A stretch of DNA of 64,000 nt from Tubulanus polymorphus (lineage: Eukaryota > Animalia > Nemertea), in NCBI RefSeq assembly GCF_964204645.1, contig NC_134030.1:11553947-11617946 (forward strand), given 5' to 3'. The notes under the pieces are model-generated. The model saw only the letters and a list, made by a program, of their open reading frames with translations, was not told the origin of the DNA and did no database searches. Made by a program: the position numbers and the translations under genes. Below, piece by piece: positions 21,233 to 35,410 of the stretch. Numbering within the stretch: position 1 is the first letter of the stretch; every line of letters begins with the position of its first letter.

Positions 21233-21632
21233 TGTACTAATTGAACCATTCCTAAGTATTTGTTCAATAGAAGCAAAAGGTGAATTCCTCAGTAGAAAAG
21301 GTTTGACCTCAAAGTGCCTATTTCTCTATGTATGGTCGCCTTTTTCAAAGAAATAATTTTGAGAAACCATTTATTAAACCTGGATTTAAAACTAAATGTT
21401 TTATCTTAGAATATGCCCAGTATTGTCTGCGTGTGTACTAATTGAACCATTCCTAAGTATTTGTTCAACGGAAGCAAAAGGTGAATTCCTTAGTAGAAAA
21501 GGTTTGACCTCAAAGTGCCTATTTCGCTATGTATGATCGCCTTTTTCAAAGAAATATTTTTGAGAAACCATTTATTAAACCAGGATTTTTAAAACTGTAA
21601 ATGTTTTATCTTAGAATATGCCCAGTATTGTC
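21233..21632. repeat. Local tandem duplication, ~200-bp unit x2
   Basis: TGTACTAATTGAACCATTCCTAAG...GAATATGCCCAGTATTGTC occurs twice in tandem. Confidence 0.85.
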
Positions 21633-23792
21633 AGATGAAATACTGCGGTCCTTCCTTGTTCACACTGTGATTGTCAGTAGCAACGTAATTTCTCCATCAT
21701 TCCTTCCTGTGATTAGATTAGCCACGATCCTGTCGACAGCTTTGATGTTAAACAGGAATATTGGTTGTGTATAATTATTGGTGATTTGATGACTGTCGAG
21801 TTATTATTGACTGATGTATGTTTCTCTGTATTCGATTTCTGTTTCACCTCTCTAACTTTACCTGTGAGAATACAAATTTCCGTTATAATGTGGGAAATAT
21901 GGCTTAAGGGGTTTCCTACAGAGTGTAGTACATAAACATCCTTTAGGGGTTTCAAAAATTGACCACTTCTCTCCTTCAGGTAGTGTTAATTGCAAAAAAC
22001 TGATCTGCAATTTGTGACAGCAGCATTGACCTTAACGCTAGCCTTTCACCTTTAGTACATAATGAGTCCTGCAAATTTTATGTGAAATTATAGCCCCTAA
22101 CCCTTTTCCACCTAGTTCAGAAGAGTTCCAATGTTGTAAGCCTATAGTATTGACAAAATTCCCAGTGGAAATTTACTTTTCACTTGACATGATTACCTGT
22201 GCAATCTTATCTTGTAATCATGTCAGTATATAAATCGGTTCCCAGGCATAATATTCTTAAGGCTATCTTATTTCGAACTATGCAAGATACGCTGACAACT
22301 GAGATATCAGTAACAGGTTGATATCCAGTCAACCTGAGTGGGTTTGCCCATGTACTCAAAAGATGTACATGTACTCAAATCTTTGGTTTGCCACAAAATG
22401 GTAAACTCGAAGCAGAACTCATTTCCAGTTAGTACGGGAAAAATACTAGACTTTAATCACAACCCTTCTTAGGTTCAAGGGATACAGTAACAAGATAGAA
22501 CTTTAGTACAAAATCTAATATCATCCTCGGCAGCAACTGGACTTTGAATATGTGGCAGTTCTGTCAACTCAGGTCTGTAGGAAGCAATTTTTCATGGGGA
22601 GGCCACCTACCTAAAATCCGCCAAAAATACCAGATGCGAAGATTAAATAGAGTTACAAAATCTGTATTCTCAGATCATTTACGGCTTTATTTCATGAACT
22701 ATTTTACAAACAGATATGACTTACATTCCCTATTGCATGACTTTTCTAATACCTAAAAAAGTTAGCAAATTGTCCAAGATGAAACTAGTTTTTTCCCTTT
22801 ACTGATATTATTGGTTGATGTGGCTCCATTGCTGATTGTCCTGTACGTATATTTATCTGCATGTTAAACGTTTTGAGAGTGTGATTTTTTATTGTACGTA
22901 TAATCTATGTACAGATGTTGAATGAGATTGATAAGGCGTGTTCACACGATGTTGTTAAGACCAGTCCAAATTTGGCCTGGTCTCACTTGGACCAGATCTA
23001 GTGTTCACACACGCAATAAATCGGCTTCAAATTTTGGAGCAGACTAAATCTGCTTAATTGTTCTGAAAATTACAGAATCTATCATAGATTGATGTTTCCA
23101 GATATATGATAAACTGCAATCATCAAAATCTTTCAAATAAACAAAAACAATAGGTATTGAATGGCAAAATCAATCCGCTGATCATTGAATCATTTTCTGT
23201 TAAATTCATCTCGATCAGCGCCAATACAACTTTGCCGAGGTGGAAGCCCAAAATGTAATGTTACATAAAAATATAAGTCGGTAAAATATTGGGGCGGCTG
23301 GAGCCATGGCTGCTGCGATGGCTCCTATGGCCCTGCAACTCCGTACGTACCTGGAATGACATATGCATTATTGCAAATGAAATCCTTGGACCTTTAGTAT
23401 ACATCTATTTTGTGTATACATATTGGTTACTCCAATTTTTTGTGTAATTATATGTGTTGTTTCTGTAGGTGGTTTAATCCTGTTGACAGTTAGTTGCTAG
23501 ATCTGCTAATTGCTCTCAGCTGAGTTGTATTGCGGGGCGACATAAGCATGCCTTAAAGAGTCTGGTTGATTAAGGATCAGAATTTTTCGCTGTAAACATC
23601 ATGCCCGCTACAGAAAGAAAATCAGTTGCTCAAACATTCCTTAAACTATCTATTTATTACACCACCAATGCCTTGTGCAAATGTAATTAACCCTTTTTGT
23701 GCATGGAGGTTTGTCGAAAGCGGGTCTCAAATTGCCATGGCGGCCCCTGTTATCCAATTATTTTAGGACATATCTTAAGTGATATGATGATA

Positions 23793-24008
23793 GCTGCATT
23801 CACACTAGGATTTCAGTACGGTACTAAGCTTCACACAAGGAAATTATTCGAGGCCTATTCGCGGCTTATTCAGTTCCGTACTGAAATTCGTAGCATATTA
23901 AGCGCGGAACCCGATCTCAGTACGGAACTGAGCTGGCCGCGTATTTTCTGTAGTGTGAACGCAGATTCGGCACTTAAGCGTAAGCGCCGAATCTAGTGTG
24001 AACGCGGC
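23793..24008. mobile_element. PIF/Harbinger-like MITE (short copy)
   Basis: TIRs GCTGCATTCACACTAG / CTAGTGTGAACGCGGC; same family as 30744-31081 and 36144-36544. Confidence 0.7.
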
Positions 24009-25152
24009 TTATGTCACCCTGGTAGGTCCGGTCATTTTATTTTACTAGTGTGCGCTGTCCGCCTTGTACTTTTCTATTGTGAGTGTTCGGCAGACATCTG
24101 GAATTTCTTGTGAGTGCTCTACACTCATCAAATAATGTGCAATTTTTAGGCCAGCCGTAGGCTGAGCCTATTACTATACAAATGGAGCGAATTTAAATGA
24201 CATGGTTTCCAGAGTAAAGGCTCTTTGACCGTGCAACTGAGCATATATTCATACAAATCTTTCATTAGAGCATTATCCATTCTCCAACCCCTATGAAGCT
24301 GAATTTTGAAAGAGGGCCTCGTTAAAATCTATATGAGCTTTTTCGCGATAATCTGATCGCAAAAATATCTGTTTTAAAAAGCCAATGAGAAAGCAAAGAC
24401 TCTTCTATGATTGGCTTAGCCGCAGAGATCAGCAGGTTTTCACGTGAACCCGCGTTATCGTCTACCGTTTTACTTCCGGGTTTTATTTTAAGATCTAAAA
24501 TTGTATTTCAATATCAATTTCTGTGAAATCTTTAGTTGATTTGGTTTTTGGGAGGAATATTTTTATTTGCACTACAGAAAATATCATTGACAATTGTGCA
24601 AAGTCCGGGAAAAATAGCTTTTTCTCAAATCAGATGAATGACCTAGATATGCTAATTAGCCATGTGCTCAAACTGCAAATTCAAGTTCAATCACATTCTA
24701 TTCTGCAAAAAAATATCAAATCCAATTCAATTTTACTTTATTGAAGAAGGTAAAGCAGCAAATCCAATTCATTTTTGTTTTATTGGGCAAATTTCAGAAA
24801 CTTCAAATCTCTTCCGCATTCAAATCAATAAGACTAAGGGAAAAGATTTATCTGAGGTATTTGTTCCTGCCAGGCTGGCCATAGTGCCCCTTTGGGCTCA
24901 TGCTCTAAAACCTTGTTAGTGTAATCGGGTAGGCCTAAGTCCATGGATGAAACCGATCAAAAATCAGCTTTCTCGTTTTTCCCATATTGCCACCACAGCA
25001 GACATCTTGAATTTCTTGTAAGTGCTCTACACACATCAAATAATGTGCGATTTTAAGTCCATCAGGGTCCATCAGATTCAAGAGACCATCTGGTAGCCAT
25101 GTTTGGTTTGAATTCCTGGAAAAAAAGTAAATGGCCTGTTCCCTAATGCTTT

Positions 25153-25587
25153 TGGTTCTTGGGCTTCATATTCGCCAGTTCACCAACAAAGCAACGATAT
25201 GACCGTTATTCTTGGTCTGTCTGCTCTGTGTATATAGCCTATGTGTCTGTCTGTCTTTCTGCCACTTAGATTTGTTTATAGTGGTTCAATCTTGATGAAC
25301 TTGGTTTCAATAGTAGTATGGGGTCTAGTTGTGCAGTGCAGAGAATGAACTCAGTGCACCACCTAGTGGCGTAACTAAGCACTAAAAACTCAGTTTTACA
25401 GTGACATGACCTTGAAGATGACCTCATAACTCTGGAACTGGGTCGAAATTCTGAAATTTGTCTTGACAAAATTTAGCTATTCGCCCTAGGTACAACATAT
25501 CCGGAATGCAATGGGAACTAACGCGTCGTAATTTCGGAGTTTGTGCTTGAGCCTGAGCGTGAGAACCGCTGTCACCTATGGCTTGTC
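25153..25587 (+). mobile_element. HINE-like element family B (further copies ~31281-31707 and ~51363-51955)
   Basis: Shared blocks TTGGTTCTTGGGCTTC, a TCTG/CCTG microsatellite, ATGACCTTGAAGATGAC and GAGAACCGCTGTCACCTATGGCTTGT in three dispersed copies. Confidence 0.6.
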
Positions 25588-27806
25588 TATATATTACAGT
25601 GGAAAAGTGATGTGCAAGGAAATCATCTTCATCACATAGAACAGGTTTTTGGATTACAGTTTTGCTAATCCTTACCCAATGTTCCTGCCTGCTCATAAAA
25701 TGTACTACAATTGTAGCAAGAATAGCTGCAGCAATTTAAAGTAGCAAAACAGTTGCTAACTACCAATAGCAGCTAAGATATGTTATGAATGTGAAAGCGT
25801 TTTTATCAATTAGAGCAAAGGAAGATTCTGACTGTTTTACAAATATATAGACTATGTAGATTGTGATATGGACTTTTCTGATCAAGAACATGTATTTTAA
25901 ATTTCAGTTAGAAATCATTTCTTTCATGCCTAAACTCATTGAACAAGTTCTCAACTTACAATCCAAGAACAGTAGTGCATAATTTTAAGACAATTAGATT
26001 TAAAAAAGCTAGTATTTGAAATGGAAATTTTGTGGTAAAATTTGAAGAAGTCCCAGGCCTATAGGCTTATTGAAATTTAGAAATAGCCTAAGAAAATGTA
26101 ATGTTTTTTATCTATGCAAGCTGGCATTCATCATCAATGAAAAATGAGAGAGAGGAGAGATTCAAAGTAAACAAAAAAAACTTGAATTATCATGAACTTC
26201 AACTAAATTGATTATGATACATTGTGTTTTTTAATTTAGTATCGTTGAAAAAAGTTTATTCGACCATTATCTTGATATCAAAGCGTTTGTGTAGTTCAAT
26301 TGAGTTGACGCACCTATCGTCTCAGATTTGTCAATTGGTTGTAATGGTAGTTTGATGTCAGGGTAGTTAGGAATCCATGCCATTAGATGACCATGTGGTA
26401 TTATCTCACCTAAACCAATGTCCACACAACTGAGTAATTGATAGATTGCCTTGTTAGGTCTGCGATGTCAGTACTGATGTCAGACTTAGACGACTGTGTA
26501 CGGTTTCTCTAGAACAAACTAATTTTCAGCGTTCTCGCATTACATGTTTGTGAAATTAGTATAAAACGACTTAATGTGCTGATACAGAGTATGGAATTGA
26601 TTAATTAACCACATCATCATTAGTATCTCATTTAAGATATATTATGCATTATATATCTGTGTTGTATCATACTGAAAATCAATATTATCTTTATCTTTTA
26701 AATTCCGACCTCACACTTCCCTTGGCACTGGTCATTTGAACATTATTCTACTGACGTCTGGCCATTGTCTAGTTCGACGAGTATAAATTTGCATTCCTTT
26801 ATCTCTCTTGCTCTCTTTTCCAATAGCTCTCGTTTTCTCGGTGAGATCTATATATCTCGTCTTGATATCTCCCAGCATTTATGATAAATTAAACTTCAAA
26901 TCATTTTATCATTGTTTATGTTGGTAACATCTGACTGGAACCTTGTATAAGTGCTATAGTCTGTTATCTCATTTATGCCATTTTTCTGAAACATACATAC
27001 TTGGAATGGAAATGGAATTGCAAATGTTTTAAAAAGCTGTACTGTCCTGCAATATTTTCCATCTTGATTACCTGAGTAAATACTGTGTGATATCTTGGTA
27101 ATGATTAATTCAAGAATGAATATCGTTTTTGATAAATTTTTCAACGGGTAGAGGGTTAAAACAAAATATTGGTCTGGAACGTGCTAACTAACAGGTTTTT
27201 TGGTCGATGTACGTATAATCTTCCATTCATTGGCACAGGCACACAAAACTTGTGCCGGAATAAGCTTGATTAAGCAGTACATATCGGCTCATCGGTACCT
27301 ACATTTGCAACAGGACAATATGATCAATTTTTCTCAGCTTGATTGAATGTTCCCGTCGTGGTACACTAAATAATCGATGATGACAGTTCAGCTCCTGTGA
27401 AAGTCCTGATTGTCCTGATGTTGAAATTGGTATAAGTAACTTGATTTTATATGACGCCTGGCCTTCCTCCATGTTAAATTACGATTTGTCACATGAAACA
27501 ATTACAAAATGCTTTTCATTTGACAATCCCATCAGCATCGTCAAAATGTTTTCATTTCCTTTGCTTTTTTACCCATCAGTCATTTCATCCAACCCTGGCC
27601 TTCAAAGATCAACTGAGTTCAGTTCTATATTTGAAACTAAACTTGTAAATATCCAAGTCAGTTGCATAAGTTATTGTAAAAAAAACATTCTACATTCATT
27701 TAACTAGTTTTGGAGTGCCCCTGGATCTCTAGTTTTGAAATGGGGAGCCTTTCCCTGGATAAAGTGAAAATCCAACAATAGAATTAAAAAAAAACTATGA
27801 GAGAAC

Positions 27807-28052
27807 CATCCTCCCTCGGCAGGAATTCGAACCTGATGGCATTGCTATGCTCATTGTATAATCGCGAAGGCAAATTTCACGGAAGAACTATAAATGGGAA
27901 AACCGGGGCTAAAATAAAACGGGATTTCTGATTGGCTAATAATGACATCATCTAAGCTGTGCGCATAGCTGCGCACTCAGTCTAGTGTGGCAGGGTTTGG
28001 TACTGTGGCTATCTCAATGCCATCAGGTTCAAATCCCTGCCGGGGGATGATG
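27807..28052. mobile_element. MITE with CATCCTCCC termini, tRNA-B-box-containing arms and 9-bp TSD
   Basis: Inverted arms; flanks TGAGAGAAC / TGAGGGAAC. Confidence 0.65.
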
Positions 28053-28149
28053 TGAGGGAACCTGACGTTTTGACTCAATTCTTTGAGCCATTATAAAAAT
28101 CTGATTTTGAAAAAGGCGCATAGAATTGAGTCAAACCATCTGATTCGAG

Positions 28150-29270
28150 TTTTTAGCCCACTCAGGACTTAAGTCCCAGCAGGCTATTGCGTTCACTTTC
28201 CGTCCATCTTCTTTCTGTAGACGGAATCCAGTTATTTTGGGAAGTTTTGAAGACGCTTCAATGTAATGTCTTGATATTTGGTTTATACTTGTATCTATCC
28301 TAGACACATCTTCAGCCCAAAAAACTGGCCCTGTCTCTGAATGGACCGTTAAATGGACCAATCAACGAACGTTTTACTGAACAAGGAAGTATTTTGCAAA
28401 TGGATATATGACGTCATGCGCAACAGCGCCAGTAATGAAATCACACTTTGCGAGGCCAGGGGGCTGGTGGAAGCGAGTTCGGGAGTGATGCCGGACCCCT
28501 GGCAAGCGAGGATGATTAAATTGATACCTAAGCATATTGTGTTACTATAATCAATTGGAAAGTTGTAGCCCATAACGTGTTCTATGATTTTCGTGAGTTT
28601 CAATGTCATTGGTTTTTGTATATGGCCACCAGGGGGCGTTGAATGATACAATATCTTAGTATTTCTATATTACATTTGTACCTATGCATATTTTGTTACC
28701 ACAATCAATTGTAAAGTTGTAGCTTATGACATCATCCTATGATTTTAGTGAGTTATTATTTTTATTAGATTTGTACCTAGGCATATTTTCTTACCATGAT
28801 CAATTGCAAAGTTGTAGTTCATGACATCGTCTATGATTGTGGTGAGTTTTTGAGGACATTGGTTATTCTATATAGTGTCACCAGGGGGCGTTGAATAGTA
28901 GAATAACTTAGTATTTCCTTATTAGATTGGTACCTAGGCATATTTTGTTACCGTGATTAATTGCAAAGTTGTAGTTCATGACATGTACTATGATTGTGGT
29001 GAGTTTCGAGGTCATTGGGTTTTGCATATGGTCGCCAGGGGGCGTCGAATAGTAGAGTACCTAAGTATTTCCATATTGAATTGGTAACGAGATATTTGTC
29101 ATCACAATCAATTACAAAATCGTAGCTGTTGACATGTTCTATGATTGTGGTGGGTTTCAAGGTAATTGTTTTTGTATATGGTCACCAGGGGCGTTATATA
29201 TTGAAATTGTTAGATTGTTGAGCATTTAAAACCACTTACCAAGTGGGCATGGTGTCCCTGGACTCCTAGT
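28150..29270 (+). mobile_element. HINE-like element family A, copy 2
   Basis: 5' TTTTTAGCCCAC; 3' AAGTGGGC + GTCCCTGGAC hairpin + CTAGTT; same ~150-bp subrepeats. Confidence 0.65.
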
Positions 29271-30743
29271 TATCTAAGATTCCATTTGGGGCGAAAAGAG
29301 ATCCACCAGGTTTGCTTATAAGTGATTTGGTAGTCTGCGTTTAATTTCATCTACATTTCGGTTAAAATCAAATGAAATTTTCTCTTATATATATCAATAT
29401 AGACTATTAATGAAAGTGGTTGAGTGGGCCTTGGTTTTGATTTTGCCATAATCTATTAAGGTGTCACCCGTGGTATTATGTAAAGTTTGAATAGAATTGG
29501 TTTGTCGTCAATGTCTTCCCTTTGTATGAGAGAACTGATTCAAAAGTTTTTTCTTAAAAGAATACCAGTTTTATTGTTCACAAGCAAAAACCCATCCAAG
29601 AATGGGCTTGAAATAGAAATTAATGAAACGTCTCCAGGGCCAGCACTAGGATTTTTTATAGGGGGTCAGTATTATCACAAGCAGAACTATATGCCATACT
29701 TATCACCGTATTCCTCGAGCACTGAAATGCTGTAAAATAGTCTTAATTTTTGGCGCACCGTAGATTTGCCTATGCAAACGGTCTGATGAAGCAGTTTTCA
29801 TAGAAAAGGCACAAACATTGGCTTTGTACCAAACGTGTTGATTTTTGGTGTCCTGGTTTGGCTTAATGAGTTCTTGAGCCCAGAAAAATTCCATAGTGAT
29901 CGAGTTATTTTTAGGGGACTTATTCTTGAAAAACCCTGCTTTTTAGCACTATGGTACATTTTTTACATATGACAATTTGCATACTTGGAATTGAAATATA
30001 TAAAAGTTCAATCCTGGAAGAATTGCCGTTTTTTGTGCTACTCATATCGACCCCTAAATTTTCTCGCTTCTATTTATCTGAGTTGACCTTGTTACCTGAG
30101 CTACAATGATTGTGATTGTCTGTTTGTGGGATATACAGGAAATTCAGGGAATTTTGGCACTTCTGATGCAGTGTTTTCAATAAGAGCCAGGTCCCGGGTC
30201 CCAGACCAGTCTGTCGTTTTTTAAGGACCCACCTGTTTTTTTCAAACCAGCTTTCATTTCAGTGACTGTGACATATTATGGGACCCTCCTGTTTTTGGAA
30301 GGGCCCTGGCTTGTTAATTTTTTACTGAAAACACTGTGATGTAATTGGGAAAGCCAAGTGTGGAACCCAAAACAAAATGGCGAGCATTTCATTCGCCTAG
30401 GTATCGTATGTTCGCTTATAATTTCTTCGGTGTTACGATTATAACCGAGTAGGCTATTCAATTCAGTATCCGAACTAGCAAGTATGACGATACCAATGGA
30501 GTTTTGGCTTAGATTTCTCTTGTCAATGCCATAAAGACCTGCTAACCCGTATGGTTTAACCGCAGCCGTTGGCTTTTTTGTGAACCTTGTTACTGCTCTA
30601 CTCAATTCAATTTTAGTATGTTCTTAAGGTAGGGGCACACGAGCATATTTTTTCGCCCGATCGCGGCGAATTTATAAATCGCCCGAAAAATTCGCTCGTG
30701 TGGCCACTCACAGCGAAGATGATTTCGTCGGCCGACTCGATCG

Positions 30744-31081
30744 CCGTACTGAAATACGCGGCTTATTAAGTACGCGAATGCGATTCCGCGCCGAAAACCC
30801 GATCTCAGTACGGTACTGAGCTGGCAGCGTATTTTCTGTAGTGTGAACGCAGATTCGGCGCTTAGCTAGCCGCGTATTTACATCCGCTTAGTACAAAACA
30901 CTTAACACTAATTACACTCCCCTCTATCAGTGCACAGGGTGACTACTTTACTGGGCTTACTAAGTGCCGAATTGCCGACTCGTAGTGTGAACGTAACTGG
31001 CTGTGTAAGCGCAGTATTTTGGTGAATTCGGCACCAGTGAAGTACGGTACTTTGTAAGCGCAGAATCTAGTGTGAACACGC
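30744..31081. mobile_element. Harbinger-like MITE, left-truncated copy
   Basis: Colinear with 36227-36544, ending CTAGTGTGAACACGC. Confidence 0.65.
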
Positions 31082-34000
31082 TTTATGATAGCTACATAGC
31101 AGAATGCACAAAGCCCAGTGATTATTTGGTGCGATTTTAGTGTAACTGAGAAATCGCTTGAAAATTGCAGCAACTCGTCGCTCGTCTGAGGGTTCACGCG
31201 ACTGCAACTGAATTCAGTTTTTTCAATAAGTATTTTGCATGGATTATCATGAATAGCATTGATGGGAGAAATGAAGAAGGTTTTGGCGCTCAGGCTTCCG
31301 TGAGACCCTTATTCTTGTACTGTGTACACGTGCGTGGTGCCTGCCTGCGTGCCTGCGTGCCTGCCTGCCTGCCTGCCTTTCAGCTACTTGGCTTGTTTAT
31401 AGTGCATGATCTTGATCAAACTAGGGTTTTTACAATGTTAGCATGGGGTTCTAGTTATGCATTGCCAAGAATGCGCCCAGTGCACTGCCTGGCGGCAGAA
31501 CTAGACACTAAAGGCGGTTTTTCAGCAAAATGACCTTGAAGATGACGTCATAACTTGAGTTATAGGGTCGAAATTCAAAAAATTTTCTTGGAAAAAATTA
31601 GCTATTGCCTCTAGATACAACACATCCAAAATGCAATGGGAACTAACGCAGAGTTTGAGTTTCAGAGTTCGATTCTGAGCCTGAGAACTATTGTCACCTA
31701 TAGGTTGTTGAAAATTAATTTAGATAGTAGATCAAAAATCGATTGGATATTTAATACTTTAGGAATTGATTGAATATGTTCTATTAATTATGCTAGGCCT
31801 ATATGTTAGGTCTACATGTATGTATGCTTTTGTAAATGTGCTAGTAGTGAAAGTCCCAAGCTGGCTGTCCATTGATAAATATTATTGAAGGCAAGAGATT
31901 CTTAGTAACTATAGATCATTTAGATCATTTGAGAATTCTTCGTCTGACACCAGGCTGAAGTGGACTGTTGTCTGTGACTCTGATGACTCTGGTCACTGTT
32001 TATGCCCTTTCACGTGGGATAGCAATTCATACTGCCGTGTGTACCCCCATAGCCTGTTGCTTGAGGTTGCGTTCTGTCAGGGATAGCTGGTGTTGCATTT
32101 CCTCATTTATCTGAAATGCCTGGGCTAATAAAAATCGAAATTGAAAAACGCTAAAAAGCATTGCAAGGTTACTAGTTCTGCAATCAGCAATAAGCTAACA
32201 CAAACAAAACTATTCCTTAAAAATTGAGTTTATTCATTTTTTCCTATTAGGCCTACTTAAATTTTTCTTTCTATTTGCCTATGTATAGAAAATATTTTGA
32301 AAAAATGCTGGGCAGTCATACAGCTTTTTAGAAATCTATCTAAGTCTTTTGGTTGAATGGCTAGTTTTATTTCTGTGCCCCAGATTGAGAATTATGGCAG
32401 TAAGATACAAATTTCTGAAAATAGAATTATTTGTGCGTCTTTTATTATATTGACATTCATTGAACTCAAAATCATATATAATGATATGCTTAATTGAAGT
32501 TTAAGATGTTAACTACCTTGATTGGTAAAATAGTAATTAACATCATACATGATCTATGTCCGTGAAGATGTAGGATTTGAACTCCTCTTCAAAGTGCAAT
32601 GTATCCGGTCTTGATTATCACTAAACGGTTTATGTCATGGGAAATCTCACATTATTGGTTTCATTAAAACATGAATCTCACATTATTTTTCATTATTGGT
32701 GGTTTGTTGCATGCCTGAGAATTGAATGAATAGATTGACTTGTACAAGAACAAAGCAGTGTTCCTCATTTTTTTCTCCAAGAATCAATATGAAGGAACCA
32801 ATTTATTGAAATAAATATGTTTCCATTGAAATGGGTTGAAATCTTTGAATTGCAATTATATCTTAGTATTATTTCTCTGTTTGATGGCCGCTGTTGAATG
32901 CATCAATGGAGAAAAAATAGAAAGTGACTGTAGTGGGGCTTTTAGATCAATAAAAACTTGATCAATAAACCAACAAAATTGATATGGCATTCATTCTGTT
33001 GGTAGCACTGCTAGTATTTGGAAACCTTGATGTATGTAAATGGTTAAAACCTTGATAGTTTCTGAACGATCAGATAGTTTCTAATCATAGATTAATTTTG
33101 ATACAAGACCGTTTTTGCAAAAGTTGAAGGCGGGCCACACACCTGCATCAAAGTTGCTGCAATAAATATGATGAATAATTTATCAGCGACTTTGACACCG
33201 AAAACCTTCCCGCACACTAGCAACAATGACGTGGCTCCATGAGCTGCATCTTGCACTAATGTAGGTCACGTGGCCAATTAATTGATAATATGATCTCGAC
33301 GCATGCGCATTGAAACAAAATTTGGCTAAATCCTGTGGCATTGTCGCAGAATTAGGCACACACTCAGGCGTACTTACCACGGCGCATCAAAAATATCAAA
33401 CATGTTAGAAAGCGGCGTCAGAGCCGCAAGTGGCAAAAACGCCTAAGAAATTCATGCGCACACTTGGTGATTTTGACACCGGTGTCGTTCATGCGGGGCA
33501 TTGCTGCTAGTGTTCGGGGGGCTTAAGATTACGGATTCACTAATGAACTTTTCCGATTTCTACGTATAAAAATAATTTTGTATTTTTTTTCTCCTTGTTT
33601 TTAAACATAGACATGGAAATGAAATAGAACATTCATAGTATTTTAAGCAAAAAATAGACAATATTCGGGTATCATTATCCAAATGTCCTCCACATATGGC
33701 AATTATTTATATTTTTGTTTAAGATTACCCTCCCACTAATCACTAATTCAATCAGTAATGAATTCAACGTTTTAAGAAAAGAAATATTTGAAAAAAAGGA
33801 ATCTTTTTGACTGCCCCAGTTATTTCAAGTCCATCAAATCCATAATCAAACTTATAACAAAAAATGCGGCTAAGAAACAGAATGATTTTTGGGGTTTGCT
33901 TACTAAGAAGCGTGTATAAGCAGTAACACCGTTACTTGATTGTTATCTCGATGTCAGCTTGCAACGTTGTCAGCATTGATCTAAATCGAGAGGAGCATAG

Positions 34001-34318
34001 CATGCATTCATTCAACCTGAAAACATGTCAATGTTGAATGATGGGCAATTGGGGCTCGTCACCTGACTAATATATCTAAAAAAGTACACGATTTTGATCT
34101 TTATAAGAGCTAAATCATTTAATCTCCTGCCGGTTCTGGTGACTATGAACATTAATGTATCTCACGTGGAATGTTACTCGGAATTTATCCGCAGTTAGTC
34201 ATAAATATCTTAATCGCCCATTTCCCATGGGAATTCAGGAGAACGCTGTGAAGCTGCATCTTTAAAAAGTTTTAATCATCTCACCGAGTTCGAAACATAG
34301 TCAGTTACAGTTTCGAAT

Positions 34319-34606
34319 TCATAACAACGATTCCTCTTCGTTGCTGTCGATGTCGGCTTCGACTGCTGTAGCGACGTCGGATGCCGATGCCCGGACAACA
34401 TCGGAGGCGGATATCGTCACATAACTGTCAGATGTTGCTTCTGAAATATCCGAATCTTCGATATATTCGAGTGCATTTTGATGCGCTCGCCTTTTATAGC
34501 AACACTGTATAACTATAGCAACAACAACTAGAATGAGAATTAATGCCGCTGCAAATATGATCAGTACTTCCGATGGAAACATGTCGTTTATCTCAACGTA
34601 AAACAT
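34319..34606 (-). CDS. Small single-pass membrane protein (95 aa), function unknown
   Basis: TM segment VLIIFAAALILILVVVAIVI, then CC, KRR, and an acidic Ser-rich tail with YVTI and terminal EEESLL; splice-acceptor-like TTATTTACAG ~50 nt upstream. Confidence 0.55.
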   Translation of the reverse strand: MFYVEINDMFPSEVLIIFAAALILILVVVAIVIQCCYKRRAHQNALEYIEDSDISEATSDSYVTISASDVVRASASDVATAVEADIDSNEEESLL

Positions 34607-35410
34607 TTATTACGCGTTCATTTGTTCTAGTTTGTACTCGAATCAATTTAACACTTACTGTAAATAATGCTTAATCCATAATTTTCTACTTGCAAAATGT
34701 TCAGTCCTGCGTCACTTACGTACTAATTAGTATCCCATATTTGTAGTTTCATCGAAATTGTTGATTCCGGAAAAACAACTGTTTTGATTCACGTAGAATG
34801 AATTAAGAATTTTCGCTCAACTACGTAACTATAATAAGCCAAGAATTATTCCACTGATTCCATTTATTTTGAGAACGAAACGTAATCCTGACTTGATACA
34901 TCTTTCTTTAGGGAGCAGAGTCACAATAAAACATAACAACACCGAACTCCCTCTAGTCCAATATATGATATGTTGACAAGAACCAAGTTTTCAGATGAAG
35001 TAGTATCTTCTTACTGTGTTGGGCATCGCTGATAGTCTTCATATTACTGTGTATGTACGATCCAGGTGTGACATTGCTACTAGGAAAATGATGAGCTTTG
35101 CTGTTGCTGAAAAATACTAGTATATGTGATTTCATCAGTTACGGTTAAACCTTAAAGTCATAAGTATTGATATACCTGGTACATATAAGCATTGATTGAA
35201 GTCTTGAATTCGAAAATTTTCTGATATACTTTAGATTGCATATTATATTTATGTATTATTCATGAAATAGGCTTGTTTTGGTGGCATTTTCAACACGTAG
35301 TAAATTTGAGCAATGATTTACTGAAATATATTTATATTGACCTCGGAAAAGTCTGTTTGGAGTTAATACTGATTCCTGTGAAAAACACATCTGGAATGTC
35401 TGCTGAATAC

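Noticed and set aside
26230-27670. Possible decayed coding sequence on the minus strand (similar impression at 48.3-49.9 kb and 53.8-55.4 kb)
   Set aside because: Partial manual translation gave no recognisable domain; a translated profile search is needed.
31920-32115. Possible minus-strand terminal exon (TTTCAG then INEEMQHQLSLTERNLKQQ...)
   Set aside because: Short, with no partner exons or recognisable homology.
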